A stretch of 64,000 nt of DNA, taken from the NCBI GenBank assembly GCA_051294905.1, contig CM119379.1, positions 22,444,001 through 22,508,000 on the forward strand. Direction: 5' to 3'. This document shows positions 39,601-48,900 of this stretch, piece after piece. Position numbers and translations under genes: made by a program. This stretch comes from Botryllus schlosseri. Its lineage: Eukaryota. The notes beneath the pieces were generated by a model. It saw only the letters and a program-made list of their open reading frames with translations. It was not told the DNA's origin and did not search any database. Numbering within the stretch: the stretch's first letter is position 1; each line of letters begins with the position of its first letter.

Positions 39601-41306
39601 CCTAAATAATAATTGTTCAGTCCGTATTTAACATTTTCTTCGACCTATCCCAGAAGTTGATACCATTTATGGCAATGTGTAATCAGCACCCCTATAGCAG
39701 TTGATAATTGCCCGCTATCTGCACTTGAATAAAGTTGCGGGTATTTGCTTCTCTAGTCCCTCTAGTCCCGATTTGTAGAGATAGTGATTTAGAATTGTGC
39801 CCAATACCCAAATACTCAATCTTCATTAATTTAATGGGGTGAAGCTAGCCTAGCAATCTGGGTTATGGGCTATTGCTTCACGCAGTGTGTTCTCTGGGAC
39901 ATGCGCATGGAGATTTCTGCTACTCGATCGATGAAACGCCAACCGATTACCTGACTGCTTCAGCGGCCTGCAAAGAAAACTCTGGTCATCTGGCAACTGT
40001 CAAGACCCGACTGCAGCAGGATTTTATCAGAGTAAGACTGTTATTAGCCTCTGTGGCATGGTCTAGATGTCGATTTTCAATGAAAACCGGGAGTGGTCAA
40101 AGTAGTCAAAGCTGTTGCGCAAGTAGAAGTAGAAGTAACGTCACAAATTTTTACTCATTTTCGAGTTGAAGTCTTGTTAAACCCACTGTTTCCAACTATG
40201 CTTGGTGATACTGATTTTCCTCACTTTTAAGTTTCTGGTCGCAGTACCAGTTTTAATAGACCAAATGCCAATAGTGTGGTTACTATTATTCGAAATTACA
40301 ATGAAATAACCATCGTTGCAGCCGAGTCTCGAGTCATATGACTTGGTCCGAGTCACGCGTAATGACTCAAGTACAAGTCAAGTCAATACACCGATTGACT
40401 CATGCCAAATCGAGTCATTTTCCGTTTTTTGAAAAATGACTCGAGTCAAGTTTAGCCTGCCGAAAACCAACCTGCGGACCGATCGTCGTGACTATTGCGA
40501 CGTTATACTCTGAAACTGTGCTCGATATTTCAAATGCGTTTTCTCAGGATCTGGTGACAAACAACACAAAGCCCCTGAGTCGATTCTGGATCGGTCTCGA
40601 CGATCTGGCGGCTGAAGGACGGTTTGTCTATGCGTGAGTATTGATACGCACCTTTACTGATTGGGGCAGGTGAATGTGCAATGCAATCGATGAATTATTT
40701 TGTCATTGATTTTGTTGTAATCCAGCTAAGCTGCGGCGATGACGCCTGTTGAACAAACACGCTTGGAGATTATCTGCGTATAGCTAATATACACGGAGCT
40801 CATCCATTTCAATCAATATCGAATGTTCCCAACCATGGATTGGCTGTAGATAACTCCTGTTTGAAATACCATTAGCGTTACAAGCCTAAAGAAATATCGT
40901 ATGAAGAACGAACACAAGTAGGAGAATGAAAGCGTCCAATAGAAAGATCAATTAGGCTCTAACACCGTCTAACTAATACTACTAGTTAATAGGAAGCCGA
41001 GGTAGATGTTAAAGTTCGATTGACAGACCGTACTAGGTCATTTCAGCATCCTCGGATCTTTTCGTTACATCAGATTGTTTTCTCGTGTATTGCATTATCC
41101 ACAGTGTGTGCTTTCTTTCCAGAGACGGAACCCCGCTTGTCTTGGGTAGAAATTCATTACAAGCCTGGTCGGTGGGTGAACCGAATGACTCGGACGGGAC
41201 TGAGGATTGCGTTGCGATCGATATCGCATACAAGAACAGGGGGTGGAGCGGGTTATCTTGCGATACGGAAATCGGTTTCATCTGCCAATACCCGGCATTA
41301 CCGTGA
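37..41306 (+). CDS. Gene A (5'-partial, ~78 exons in window): giant coiled-coil rod + P/T linker + FN3 + MAM + MAM + C-type lectin; predicted secreted
   Basis: Chain of GT-AG exons encoding heptad-like E/L/S/N/Q-rich helical sequence, e.g. 37-254, 1475-1712, 1968-2061, 2442-2560, 3084-3307, 4483-4606, 4676-4915, 5533-5777, 5906-6068, 6257-6505, 8159-8367, 8946-9090, 9305-9571 ... 32923-33096. Then 33403-33484, 33875-34035, 34100-34223, 35855-35917, 35982-36122, 36763-36849, 36973-37142, 37869-38006, 38290-38420, 38479-38563, 38632-38722, 39180-39323, 39886-40031, 40548-40633, 41123-41306 (TGA). Splice phases were hand-checked from 32923 to the stop and give one open frame. Mid-gene exons (13-32 kb) were located only approximately. 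No TM or GPI signal at the C-terminus (...ICQYPALP*). Confidence 0.88.
335..925 (-). mobile_element. 5'-truncated non-LTR retrotransposon 3' end (CR1/L2-group-like), degenerate
   Basis: The minus frame reads ...FSVLNINDMRKQELAKLMHQFH...NFNDFFTSASKMHKY...*AAPAVWNSISPAIRQSLSMSTFKSKYKQFILNQY, with the WN..P...FK motif typical of ORF2 C-termini. It is followed by a 3'UTR that recurs at 935-1125 and 62335-62525. Confidence 0.7.
935..1125 (+). mobile_element. 3'UTR-only copy of the same LINE family with AATAAA and (ATG)n tail
   Basis: Reverse-complement match to 340-510; ends ctaataaaccaatgatgatgatgatgatg. Confidence 0.65.
3517..4390 (+). mobile_element. SINE-like element split by a hAT MITE
   Basis: ccccggccgggtcagaccaaagactcaaaaactggtat...ggcgctcagcat resembles the conserved core of widespread metazoan tRNA-derived SINEs (MetaSINE-like, recalled from memory and not verified). 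It resumes after the MITE at 4300. Confidence 0.45.
3727..4299. mobile_element. hAT-type MITE, family 1 (GACTCGAGTC-rich)
   Basis: TIR CAGGGTTGTAA/TTACAACCCTG, perfect 8-bp TSD CACGATGG (3719-3726 and 4300-4307), internal arrays of the palindrome GACTCGAGTC. Confidence 0.9.
4936..5366. mobile_element. hAT-type MITE family 1, internally deleted copy
   Basis: CAGGCTTGTAA...TTACAGCCCTG with the same internal sequence; no TSD seen. Confidence 0.8.
5438..5492 (-). mobile_element. Penelope-like terminal-repeat fragment with mutated hammerhead (5456-5489)
   Basis: Reverse complement ACCC-CTGACGA-GTGCCAGCC-GAAAATATAC-GGGT; the cleavage-site U is changed to A relative to consensus. Confidence 0.75.
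6752..8115. mobile_element. Non-autonomous hAT element (Buster/Charlie-like)
   Basis: TIR CAGTTGTCGGGAACCT/AGGTTCCCGACCGCTG (14/16), perfect TSD GTATACAC (nnnTAnnn), subterminal ATATGGCTCTT repeats. A weak transposase-C-terminus-like remnant (LDACM..ANTY..PD) lies near 7100. Confidence 0.85.
8483..8907. mobile_element. hAT-type MITE family 1
   Basis: CAAGGCTGTAA...TTACAACCCTG with perfect TSD GAATAACC (8475-8482 and 8908-8915). Confidence 0.9.
14397..14508. repeat. Intronic minisatellite, 28 bp x 4
   Basis: Unit TCTTAAGTCCTAAAATACAGACTTGAAG repeated four times with few substitutions. Confidence 0.9.
20040..20275. mobile_element. Inverted pair of Penelope-like terminal repeats (degenerate hammerhead at ~20204-20236, +)
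   Basis: A minus arm (agtaactagtatagaattgaaaac) and a plus arm (ttttcaattctctactggttgccgacgattacccctgatgactgtcagcc) flank a ~24-nt spacer. Confidence 0.7.
21965..22232 (-). mobile_element. Penelope-like 3' fragment, hammerhead with G12->A core mutation
   Basis: Reverse complement of the family consensus from the tail through the hammerhead (22026-22058) to the ORF end (tgtaccatttttagatggtacacga). It then flips briefly to the + orientation (catctaaaaatagtac). Confidence 0.75.
23269..23681 (-). mobile_element. Solo LTR (413 bp)
   Basis: TGTAGCGACC...GATGTTACA (TG..CA termini) flanked by a perfect 5-bp TSD CTATG (23264-23268 and 23682-23686). Orientation is inferred from an ATTAAA on the minus strand. 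Confidence 0.85.
24190..24400. mobile_element. Inverted pair of Penelope-like terminal repeats
   Basis: The minus arm has an intact hammerhead and the plus arm has the hammerhead 5' half deleted. Arms agcaactcgtagagaatttaaaagaacattgta / tacaatattcttttcaattctctactagttgct flank a ~13-nt centre. Confidence 0.8.
24218..24251 (-). ncRNA. Minimal type I hammerhead ribozyme (intact consensus)
   Basis: ACCC-CUGACGA-G(UGUCAGC)C-GAAA-AUAU-UC-GGGU: stem I ACCC/GGGU, complete catalytic core, 1-bp stem II, palindromic stem III AAUAUU. Confidence 0.8.
25489..26309 (-). mobile_element. Internally deleted hAT DNA transposon with transposase C-terminal remnant
   Basis: TIR TATGGCGATTTT/AAAATTCGCCCTA, perfect TSD ATGATCAC (25481-25488 and 26310-26317). 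The minus frame at ~25801-25905 reads SVERSFSILGKLLGKDRHFLLENVGKYL, a hAT dimerisation-domain ERSFS motif. Confidence 0.85.
26995..27110 (-). mobile_element. Penelope-like terminal repeat, hammerhead (27039-27072) with intact core but stem mismatches
   Basis: Reverse complement ACCA-CTGACGA-GTGTCAGAC-GAAAATACTC-GGGT. Confidence 0.75.
27150..27610 (+). mobile_element. LINE 3' end (CR1/L2-like) with AATAAA and (CT)16 tail
   Basis: 27182-27313 encodes QTVRNRFMSNELLIIWNAIPPHIRELPYNRFKKALLDHLLSLH*, followed by a 3'UTR, AATAAA at 27571 and a (CT)n tract at 27579-27610. Confidence 0.7.
28596..28772. repeat. G-rich/C-rich foldback with TTAGGG motifs
   Basis: Degenerate ggatattagggttgg repeats at 28596-28708 are followed by a complementary C-rich arm (ccaaccctgatatccgtcatacccc). 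Confidence 0.7.
31500..31630 (-). mobile_element. Penelope-like 3' fragment with internal deletion removing the hammerhead
   Basis: The family tail (agcttcttggaggaacagaacttcaatatac) is joined directly to the reverse-complemented ORF end (caatgtaccatttatagatggtacacgaactccttttgttgacacag). Confidence 0.65.
31818..32174 (+). mobile_element. Penelope-like 3' fragment (endonuclease C-terminal remnant + terminal repeat)
   Basis: Diverged match to 52480-52833, including ggaaaacatttgctggataatccc and the terminal repeat. Confidence 0.8.
32113..32146 (+). ncRNA. Minimal hammerhead ribozyme, core intact, stem III palindrome broken
   Basis: ACCC-CUGACGA-GUGUCAGCC-GAAAAUAAUC-GGGU. Confidence 0.65.
33875..34223 (+). 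CDS. Gene A: fibronectin type III domain (2 exons)
   Basis: VESPTNLQTYNIDASSLLLSWDASPTSGVTGYRVTL...TQLRVEGLYSDMAYNVEIYA shows the P..L, L.W, GY.V and L...Y.V FN3 hallmarks. Confidence 0.9.
34262..34890. mobile_element. Foldback hAT-type MITE with ~290-bp inverted arms
   Basis: CAGGGCTG...CAGCCCTA termini, perfect TSD ATGCTTAG (34254-34261 and 34891-34898); near-perfect palindrome around an AT-rich centre. Confidence 0.88.
35060..35290. mobile_element. Degenerate Penelope-like terminal repeat (minus) plus inverted tail (plus)
   Basis: Minus-strand hammerhead with core mutations at ~35079-35112; plus-strand tail atattgaagttcggtatagccaag at ~35250-35275. Confidence 0.6.
35982..37949 (+). CDS. 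Gene A: MAM domain 1 (4 exons)
   Basis: WHCNFERVC...DDDFDW...TGPSGDHT...YAFIETS...ARL...CLEFFYHMYG...W..SGNQGDMW...FEGVRG..YHGDIALDDI...C is the canonical MAM pattern. Confidence 0.93.
37960..39323 (+). CDS. Gene A: MAM domain 2
   Basis: CNFEDPNSCGFAQ-DITDDFDWSR...TGPMTDHT...YYIYMEAS...ARILS...CLQFFYHM...WSKQGPQGNAW...FEAIVG..YHGDIGLDDVSISTGSC. Confidence 0.93.
39886..41306 (+). CDS. Gene A: C-terminal long-form C-type lectin domain (3 exons)
   Basis: CSLG..HGDFCY...A..ACKENSGHLATV...FWIGLDD...EGRFVY.DG...W..GEPND..GTEDC...W...SC....GFICQ, then stop TGA at 41304-41306. Confidence 0.93.
40170..40451. mobile_element. Truncated hAT MITE family 1 copy
   Basis: Internal family-1 sequence (ttgttaaacccact...gagtctcgagtcatatgacttgg...gactcgagtcaag) without TIRs. 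Confidence 0.75.
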
Positions 41307-41365
41307 CCAAATCAAGCGACTTCGGTTGTTTTCGTGTGTGTTTGATGACACTGTATTAATTGCTC

Positions 41366-41371
41366 AATAAA
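41366..41371 (+). promoter_or_regulatory. Candidate polyadenylation signal of gene A
   Basis: AATAAA 60 nt after the stop codon. Confidence 0.5.
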
Positions 41372-42037
41372 CAAATATAACAAATGGCACCTTATAATAA
41401 GATGTTTTGTTCAGTATGCACAGTTGTGCTCTGACTGCGAGTGGTAGAAGCGTATATGTGCAGTAAAAAGAGAACGTATACAAGATGGAAAAAAAACTTG
41501 CTAGTATGATTCGATTCCCGGCTTGACATAGTTAGCAGGGAATGAAAGACAGTGAATCTTTATTCATCGATTATGTAAATCGGTAGGCTCCCGTTACAAT
41601 TTCGCAACTGAGTGAAATATATACAAATAAGTATAGAGAGGGGCTCGATAGATAGAACAGTGTCGCCAAAGCCCATGAAAAGTTCTTCGTGTGTGGTTTT
41701 TATCTAGATATTCACTGTCGTGTGCCAACCAACAGTGTAAAATCTGCTGAACTAGAGAGAGATAGTCTTCATTTTTTCATCCAGATAAAATACACAACAA
41801 ACAGACGGCAATGATGCTGGTACAGAAAATATGCATGCGCTGCACAGTGCACAGTATTCAACCGCGACTAGTCCATCAATAACAGCCGGGTTATCACCGT
41901 ATGGGGGTCCCAAGACCAGCGTTTGGTGGGAGGCCGACGAAGTGCTGTTACGGCCCTGGTTGGTTGTATACAAATTTCCGTAAGCTGTATCGATTGAGTA
42001 CACGGTACAGGCCTACCTACTCACTATGCATGTAAAG

Positions 42038-42402
42038 TAGGCTTACCATATTTTGGAGATCTAAAAAGAGGACACTTTTTCAGAAATTTGAGACTTGCAA
42101 AACCGGAGAAGAATTCTCAAAAATCGGTGAATTTTCCCCACTTTGTGATCGGTTGACTAAAAAAGATCAACTTTTCGCTCAGAGCTTAAATCACCGTTTT
42201 TCACTCCGAAATACCCGCCGGAGCGTCACTTCTGTGCTAATTTACGGCATATCACTCGCATTTTGCTCTAAATGTGACCTAAATTTTCAAAAAAGAGGAC
42301 AAAATCTCAAAAAAGAGGACAAAAGGGCGTCCTCCGTGGACACTTTGAAAAAAGTCAAAAAAGAGTACAAATCCTCTTAAAAGAGGACGTATGGTAACCC
42401 TA
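42038..42402. mobile_element. hAT-type MITE (Tip100-like termini) upstream of gene B
   Basis: TIR TAGGCTTACCATA/TATGGTAACCCTA, perfect TSD ATGTAAAG, subterminal AAAAGAGGAC repeats. Confidence 0.88.
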
Positions 42403-42879
42403 ATGTAAAGTTGCTAACCGATGAGCGACGGTATCCAATAATCCAACTCATATTCGTGCCATAGGCCTATAATGTGATTCCGCACTGCGGCTCCAACTAA
42501 AATCAAACATATGCTTTATCAATATGAAGAATCATATTTAAAAGACGTCTTCGAAAATGTTCATATAACACAAACAGCAGACTTCAGAAGACTCGTGCAG
42601 GATGTAAAACACTCGAGACATCCCAAGTAGGCAATCTTTGCTGGCTTATACACGTGTACGTCGCAAGCGCTTCCTTTGACCTAAATTGGTGTTATGATTG
42701 GATTCTATCAGCACTGCGCAAATACTCAACATCCATTCCCTAAATGTCAAAACATGTTTCCTGATATTTACTCTGTACCAGATTCGAGTTATCCATCATC
42801 ACCACACTATCTTTGGATATCGAATATAGTGCAGCATTCCTCACAGATATTGTGGTTTTCGCTGTTGAAATTAGCAGTG

Positions 42880-42984
42880 ATGCAAATCACAGGGAGGCTT
42901 CTCGCGGTAGTGCTTTTAGCGTATGCCGTAATTTATGAAGTTTTCTGCCAAGTTTCAACCGAATCGCAAGGACTAACGAATCTG
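42880..42984 (+). CDS. Gene B first coding exon: N-terminal signal peptide
   Basis: MQITGRLLAVVLLAYAVIYEVFC|QVSTESQGLTNL has a basic n-region and hydrophobic h-region, followed by a GTAAGG donor. Phase 0 fits the next exon at 45649. Confidence 0.75.
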
Positions 42985-45900
42985 GTAAGGATTACATTGA
43001 GTAATTACTACGTCTTTCCTAAACTAAAGGAAAGGAAGTGCGTTTGCATAGCCTACTGGGCTAAATATTACAGCGGGTGTTCAAGAAGATATTAATGTTC
43101 GGTCTTGTTATATAATTCTGATCTTTTCAAGTACCATTCCACTGGTGACTCTGTTCAAAAGCATCAGGGATATATAGAACTACATATAGAACTATATATC
43201 CCTGAAAAACGTACCTTCTTTTTGGTGTAAAGTACACATAAATTGGCCAATAAAGTGACCTCTTAGCAGTCTATAGCCCATAGCCCTTATTAGCGTCTCG
43301 AATTCGAATAAGGCCGTGACCTAGAGGGCATGTTGAGCATCAGCTGATCAGTGAGAAGTAGCTCTCATCTGGGGGAATTCCCAATTAGGGGAGATTTTAT
43401 GATTTGCAAGTCGGATTTGGTTTCGATTGCAAAGTTTATTACGGCTATCCAGTTGTTCAATAATGTAAGACAAGTCCATCATTTTAATAAGCATACAGTA
43501 AAGAAATCATCTGTGATATTACAGATTATACATGGTATAAGATGATTTGAGCCTGTTTTGGGAGGCGAGTTATCGCACATCAATAATTTGTGGTGGATGA
43601 TGTGGGACAGTAAAGGTAAACCAAAATAGGCATCGGTTTTTAGTGACCTCAGGATCGTAAAGTGGTCAAGCTGAATGTGAAACCTTGTTTCCAGCACTGA
43701 ACTGCTAGTTTTGGAAATGCTACAGGAACTGGACAGGTTCACTACAAAAAAAAAAAGACATTTTTTATCTTATTATCTTAAAGTGACTTTTTATGAAAAA
43801 ATGTCTTAAAGACCAATTAGTCTTACCAAGTACTTTATGTCTCAAAAGTAAGGCAGAAATTGATCGAAAATAGTAACAGTGCCTTGGGGGCATCCTTTTC
43901 AATGTTAGTGGTCTGAGCGGAGGAGGGTAAGGATGAGAGAGACCAGAAATTGCAGTGTTGAGATGATCCTGTACTAAGTTGACAAGGTATTCACTAGATA
44001 TAGTTATCAAGGTACATGCCACTTACTACTCACGTGTACTATTCAGATCAATATATATATGGTTGTCTGAGTCGAAAATAGCATTTATGGTGAGTGGGTG
44101 GTAAAATGAGACCAAATCATCCTCATTTCTTAAATTTGAGACCAAATTTGTCTAATTTTGAGACCAATTTGTCTAATTTTTTTTTGTAGTGTTGGTGTCA
44201 GTCACAGGCAGATGTAGATAGAGGCTGAGAGTTGAGGTCTAGTATGTGGCCACATTTATAAGATAGTGATCCGGCAAATTACTAAAACACTGAACTAAGC
44301 ATCTGCAATTCTACATCTAATTTAATATTATGTCAATCGCTATCCATTTCGCCGAGGTGGTCAGTAACAATGTACTTATTCTTATAATTCAACTAGATTG
44401 TGCCTACTTGCTCAACACCCTCAAGTGGATATTTTAGACTACTTCTAATTATCAATTTTTCATTGAAAACTAGGCCTATGTGAAAATCGCTACTCCTACT
44501 TCTACTTGAGTAAAAGTTTATGACGTTGCTTCTACTTCTACTTGACTACTTTAACCAGCTCTGCCTTCTCATGATTCCCCCTAGCTTGTTTATCAACTAA
44601 CGTGTACAAAGCAAGAGCATGAGCATGAGTAGCAATGAGCATGTATATATGCGTGAGCATTAGTGTAGCCATTCATGAGGTTTGGCAAAATGCTTACAGT
44701 AACTCAGTAGATCGACTTAAGTGCCGGCCTCCTGCGTTGAACCCTACCTTCAAAGCACCTGTTCCATGTGCACCATTTATCAATGCCTGGCCATACTTTT
44801 TCCATTTCAACAATACAGTCACTAATGATGCTATAGAAATGCTACTTCCCTAATGCTATAGTAGTTTTGTCATCCAGTCGAAAGGTTTGTTATTCTAAAT
44901 GGGTTTTGATCAGTGGGAAATGCATTCCAATTACTTTTTCACGCCAAAGATTGTCCATCTCAAGTCTAGATATTTACATTTGTTGTTTTAAATGAGACCT
45001 CTTTTTCAAAGTTAGCTTTGTCACAGATATACCTTTCACTGGAATACCATACATATTCCTGTATTGACTATAAAATTGATATATGGGACTTGATGACACT
45101 GTGGTCACTGTTACCAAGTGATATAGTGAAAGGACGGGTGATAGAGTTTTTATGTTTCAACATTGAATTGACTTCAAAAACAGTAACAGCATTGTCCTGA
45201 TAACATTGTAATTCCTGTTAAATTTGTGAAACAATGTCCAGAATGTATGGTGTTCAGTTTGATTATTTACATATGTGATGTTGCACATACAGGATCAGAT
45301 GAGCGTCCCGAGTGCAGTCTAGCTGAACATGTTTCTGAGTACCAACAATAACGCTTGCAAATTTATTGACTCTTGTCAAGTAAAATGGGCTCAATAATGT
45401 ACAGTACATATTGGAATGATGTGATAATAAATTCATTATATCCACGATAAACAATCATGCTACCACACTTGACCACTTTCAGTTGGGAGTATTGGTAGTA
45501 GGCCGGATTTGAATCGAGATCATTCAATCTTCTCAAATTTATTCAATATGAAGTGGGATTTAGTAAAATGTAATAAGTAGATCCGTACCACGTGTGCTGT
45601 AGCCTATCAATCCATACATGTTGCTAAGTGGACTAAATGTTACTTTAGAGACCAAACAGGCATTTCGGTTCAAGTCGCCAACGAAGACCATGGCGAGTCA
45701 ATCCAGAAAGGATCATCAGACGATACGAAAAAGAAGTCTCAACTTTGAAGAGTCAAATGTTATCACTTGAGAATCGATTGAGTTTATCTATCTCGGCCAC
45801 CATAGATGAGCGTTTAGCCGGTTGGTAACGTCTTTTGCCTGGTCTTCATTAGTCCTTCGGGCTACGTTATGGCTTTCATTACAATCTGATGTGATACTCT

Positions 45901-48900
45901 GAGACCATGGTTATCATTCCACGCATTTTTCAATTGGAAAATTAAGGGTAACGTTATCTATTATTTTTATATTTTTTCAATTCATTCATGCTTCATTCTG
46001 CTGCATGCGTTGTGTGAGACTTGCACATGAGTTCAATCCCCAAAACTTCTGTCAGCTCAAATTAATCATTCTCAAAAACTACGACCAGTGGGCCAATGTG
46101 TTTTCGAATACTGCTACTATACTACATCATAATGTCCAATCGCCTTGACGGTATATGCGTAAGCAAACTCTCTCTCAGCCTAATTTTTTAATTTTTTTAG
46201 ATATTGTATTGCAAGCAAAAAGCCAGGGCTCTCAGCTTCATCAAATAGCTGATAGACTGGGGAATGTAGAAGGCGAATTGCAGACGCTGCAAGACCAACC
46301 TCATATAGTTAGAGACACGTGGTCGAAAGACAGCAATGTGAACGGTGGGTTCCGTATTGGAAATATTGCTAAATGTATATTTTTCATATAATTGAGACGG
46401 TTTTTCGAATTAGTGACCAACATCAATTTGTGCAGTGAAAAGGTCACGAGTAACTAATGGGCGATAGATGCAATCACTTTTAAAATTTGTGGCAACTGAA
46501 TAAAATTGTCTAAGCAATATAACATGTTAATCTCTGACATTGGTAGGTATACAGGATGACTCATTGCAAACTTATTTGAGGTGCGTTTAATTTTAGCAAA
46601 TGAAATGTCTAACCATCTATCATTGACCCTTGAATGAGTTAGAAACTACTATAGAAGACTTATATCTGCTAGTTACACTGTTAAAAATCAACATTTTAGT
46701 TTTAAGATTAAGCACAAAAATTATGCCTGACATGAATGAACCCAGCAAAGCTGTTGATTACTTTGATTGAACTGAGTTTTTTTCATGTCTAAACCAACAT
46801 ACTCAAAACTAGCCTACTTCATTGATATACTGTCCTATTATTGTAACCTTCCTACAGCTGTGAGTATGACCAGCATGAGCTCATATTGAAAACATAGACT
46901 TGGAGAATGGTTGATATATCATTACTCGTAAGCACCCTAAAATGTTTCATAGGTTTTGCATCCAGAATAAAGTCTTTGGAAGAATCCGTCCGAATACTCA
47001 GCCCCGCAGCCCATAACTCTACAGAATACCCTGATACACAGAATTACAGGTAATCTTGCATAGGTATTTATACAGCTAGTCAGGAATCCTTACTATATTT
47101 TAGGACTTCAATTGTCCAACAACCAGAATGGAATATGTTGCTTCCGCAGATTTTAAACCCAAAACTGGCTTTCTAGCATAAGCGATTATCAAGATATGGC
47201 AAAATTAGCTATTTTCGACTCGTTTGGTGAAATTGCTCGGCCACTAGATGGCGTAAGAACCTGAAATTATGATAGAAGTTATTCATTTTCGATTTGGGAC
47301 CAAATATCACAGGCACTTTTTGAAATTCAAATTTTTCTTTTTTTCACTCCACCCTACAGTGCATATAGCCTACACCGGCTAATGTAGCCTAACAACGCAT
47401 GAATGATTACGGATATATTGGCCAAAATGATTATTTCATAACAACTTGATGGTAGTGACGGTCACCGGCTCTCAAATGTCATGTTTGTATCACGCTATAT
47501 CGTTTTGCTTTTCAAACTTCATCATTCCGTCTTTGTTGAATACAGCCAGTCAGAAATTTCTACAAGATGTGAAGAATCTGTGGAGAATCTTCGCCGCGAA
47601 GTGTACAGGAATATAAGTAAACTTTTAGGAAGTCATTCACGTAGCATACGGAAGGTAAGGCTAATTTCATTGGTCCTTTTCCCCCGCAATAAACGTTTGT
47701 CAGAATGTACTCGGAACGTAATTAATATTTTTGTTTTGATGTAGCTGATGTAATTTTGTGTCTCTGAGCCTAACTTATTAGATACTTTTGCGTATCATAA
47801 CCGGCATTGAATGAATTTCTGCTTCCGAAGAAGATGCCTAACACAATATTCCATGTAATTCACATAGAACCATGGTAAATCAAAGAGAAGCAGTCCGGAA
47901 GGCGCAGAGATTCCATACGATTACGATCACAACGTTGTCGAGTATGATGTAATCGGCGTGGACCTGTATGACGATTACTTGGACGAGGAGAACTCAACGG
48001 AGACTGATTACCAGCCTACGGAGGAAGTAAATGGTATCGAAAGAAATCAAACCAATTCTGAGGGTGAATCCGAAACGGTATCCGTTCCGCATGACACCAA
48101 ATCGGATTTGGACGCCATCGGTACAAGACTTTTGAGTCATGAAAATTTGATGGCCAATCTTCTGGAAATGTACACCAACAACACACTGATTTTGAATGGA
48201 TTCGAGAATCGATTCAATACCATCATCACGGCGTTTAGCAGAGCTGATAAGAAAGACACGGATCTCGGCAGCGGCATCAGGTCGAACCGTAGAATGCTGG
48301 AAGCTTTCGCCAAGTCCCTCAGAGAAGTCGTTCAGGACAGCAGAAGGCAAAACTCTGCTATCGTGAATTTACGGAAGAGAATCAGAAATCTGGAAGGTGA
48401 AACAATATTTTTTATTTGAATTTATGGCTTAGTTGTAGAACACAAACAATAACGTTTTGTGTTTATCTATTCTGATCCTTGAATTGCTATTTTTAATAGG
48501 GTGGCAATTGTCCAAGCACATTTGTTACAGCTGACCCTATTTACCTCAATTTTCTATTAGACCACTCCTATCGAATTGAACTTCTATTCAGACACCGCAT
48601 CTCTTATTACTGACTTCCCTTATCTCACCACAATTTTTCGTGTTATTATTATTATTTATGTTATGCTATGCTGAATTTAATTATCCCAACCAACTGCAAC
48701 AAAATTTATAAAGAATATCTGTAACTGTTTAATGCAGAGTGTGATCAGACCAGTTGTCTCTACCCAGAGTCATATCGATTACACCCTGACCTACACCGTT
48801 AAGTTTCCTGTTACTATTTCATGCGTCAATCTTATTTTCTTCACGGTCGGACGAATCAATAAATATGTTCTCTCTCTTCAAGCTAAAGATAGTATTTGTG

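Noticed and set aside
41752-42003. 83-aa minus-strand ORF in the intergenic gap
   Set aside because: It has no recognisable motif or splice context, and its length is within chance expectation.
42694-42879. Upstream in-frame extension of gene B's first exon in the ORF track
   Set aside because: It begins at a non-ATG codon and would bury the signal peptide; ATG 42880 is the plausible start.
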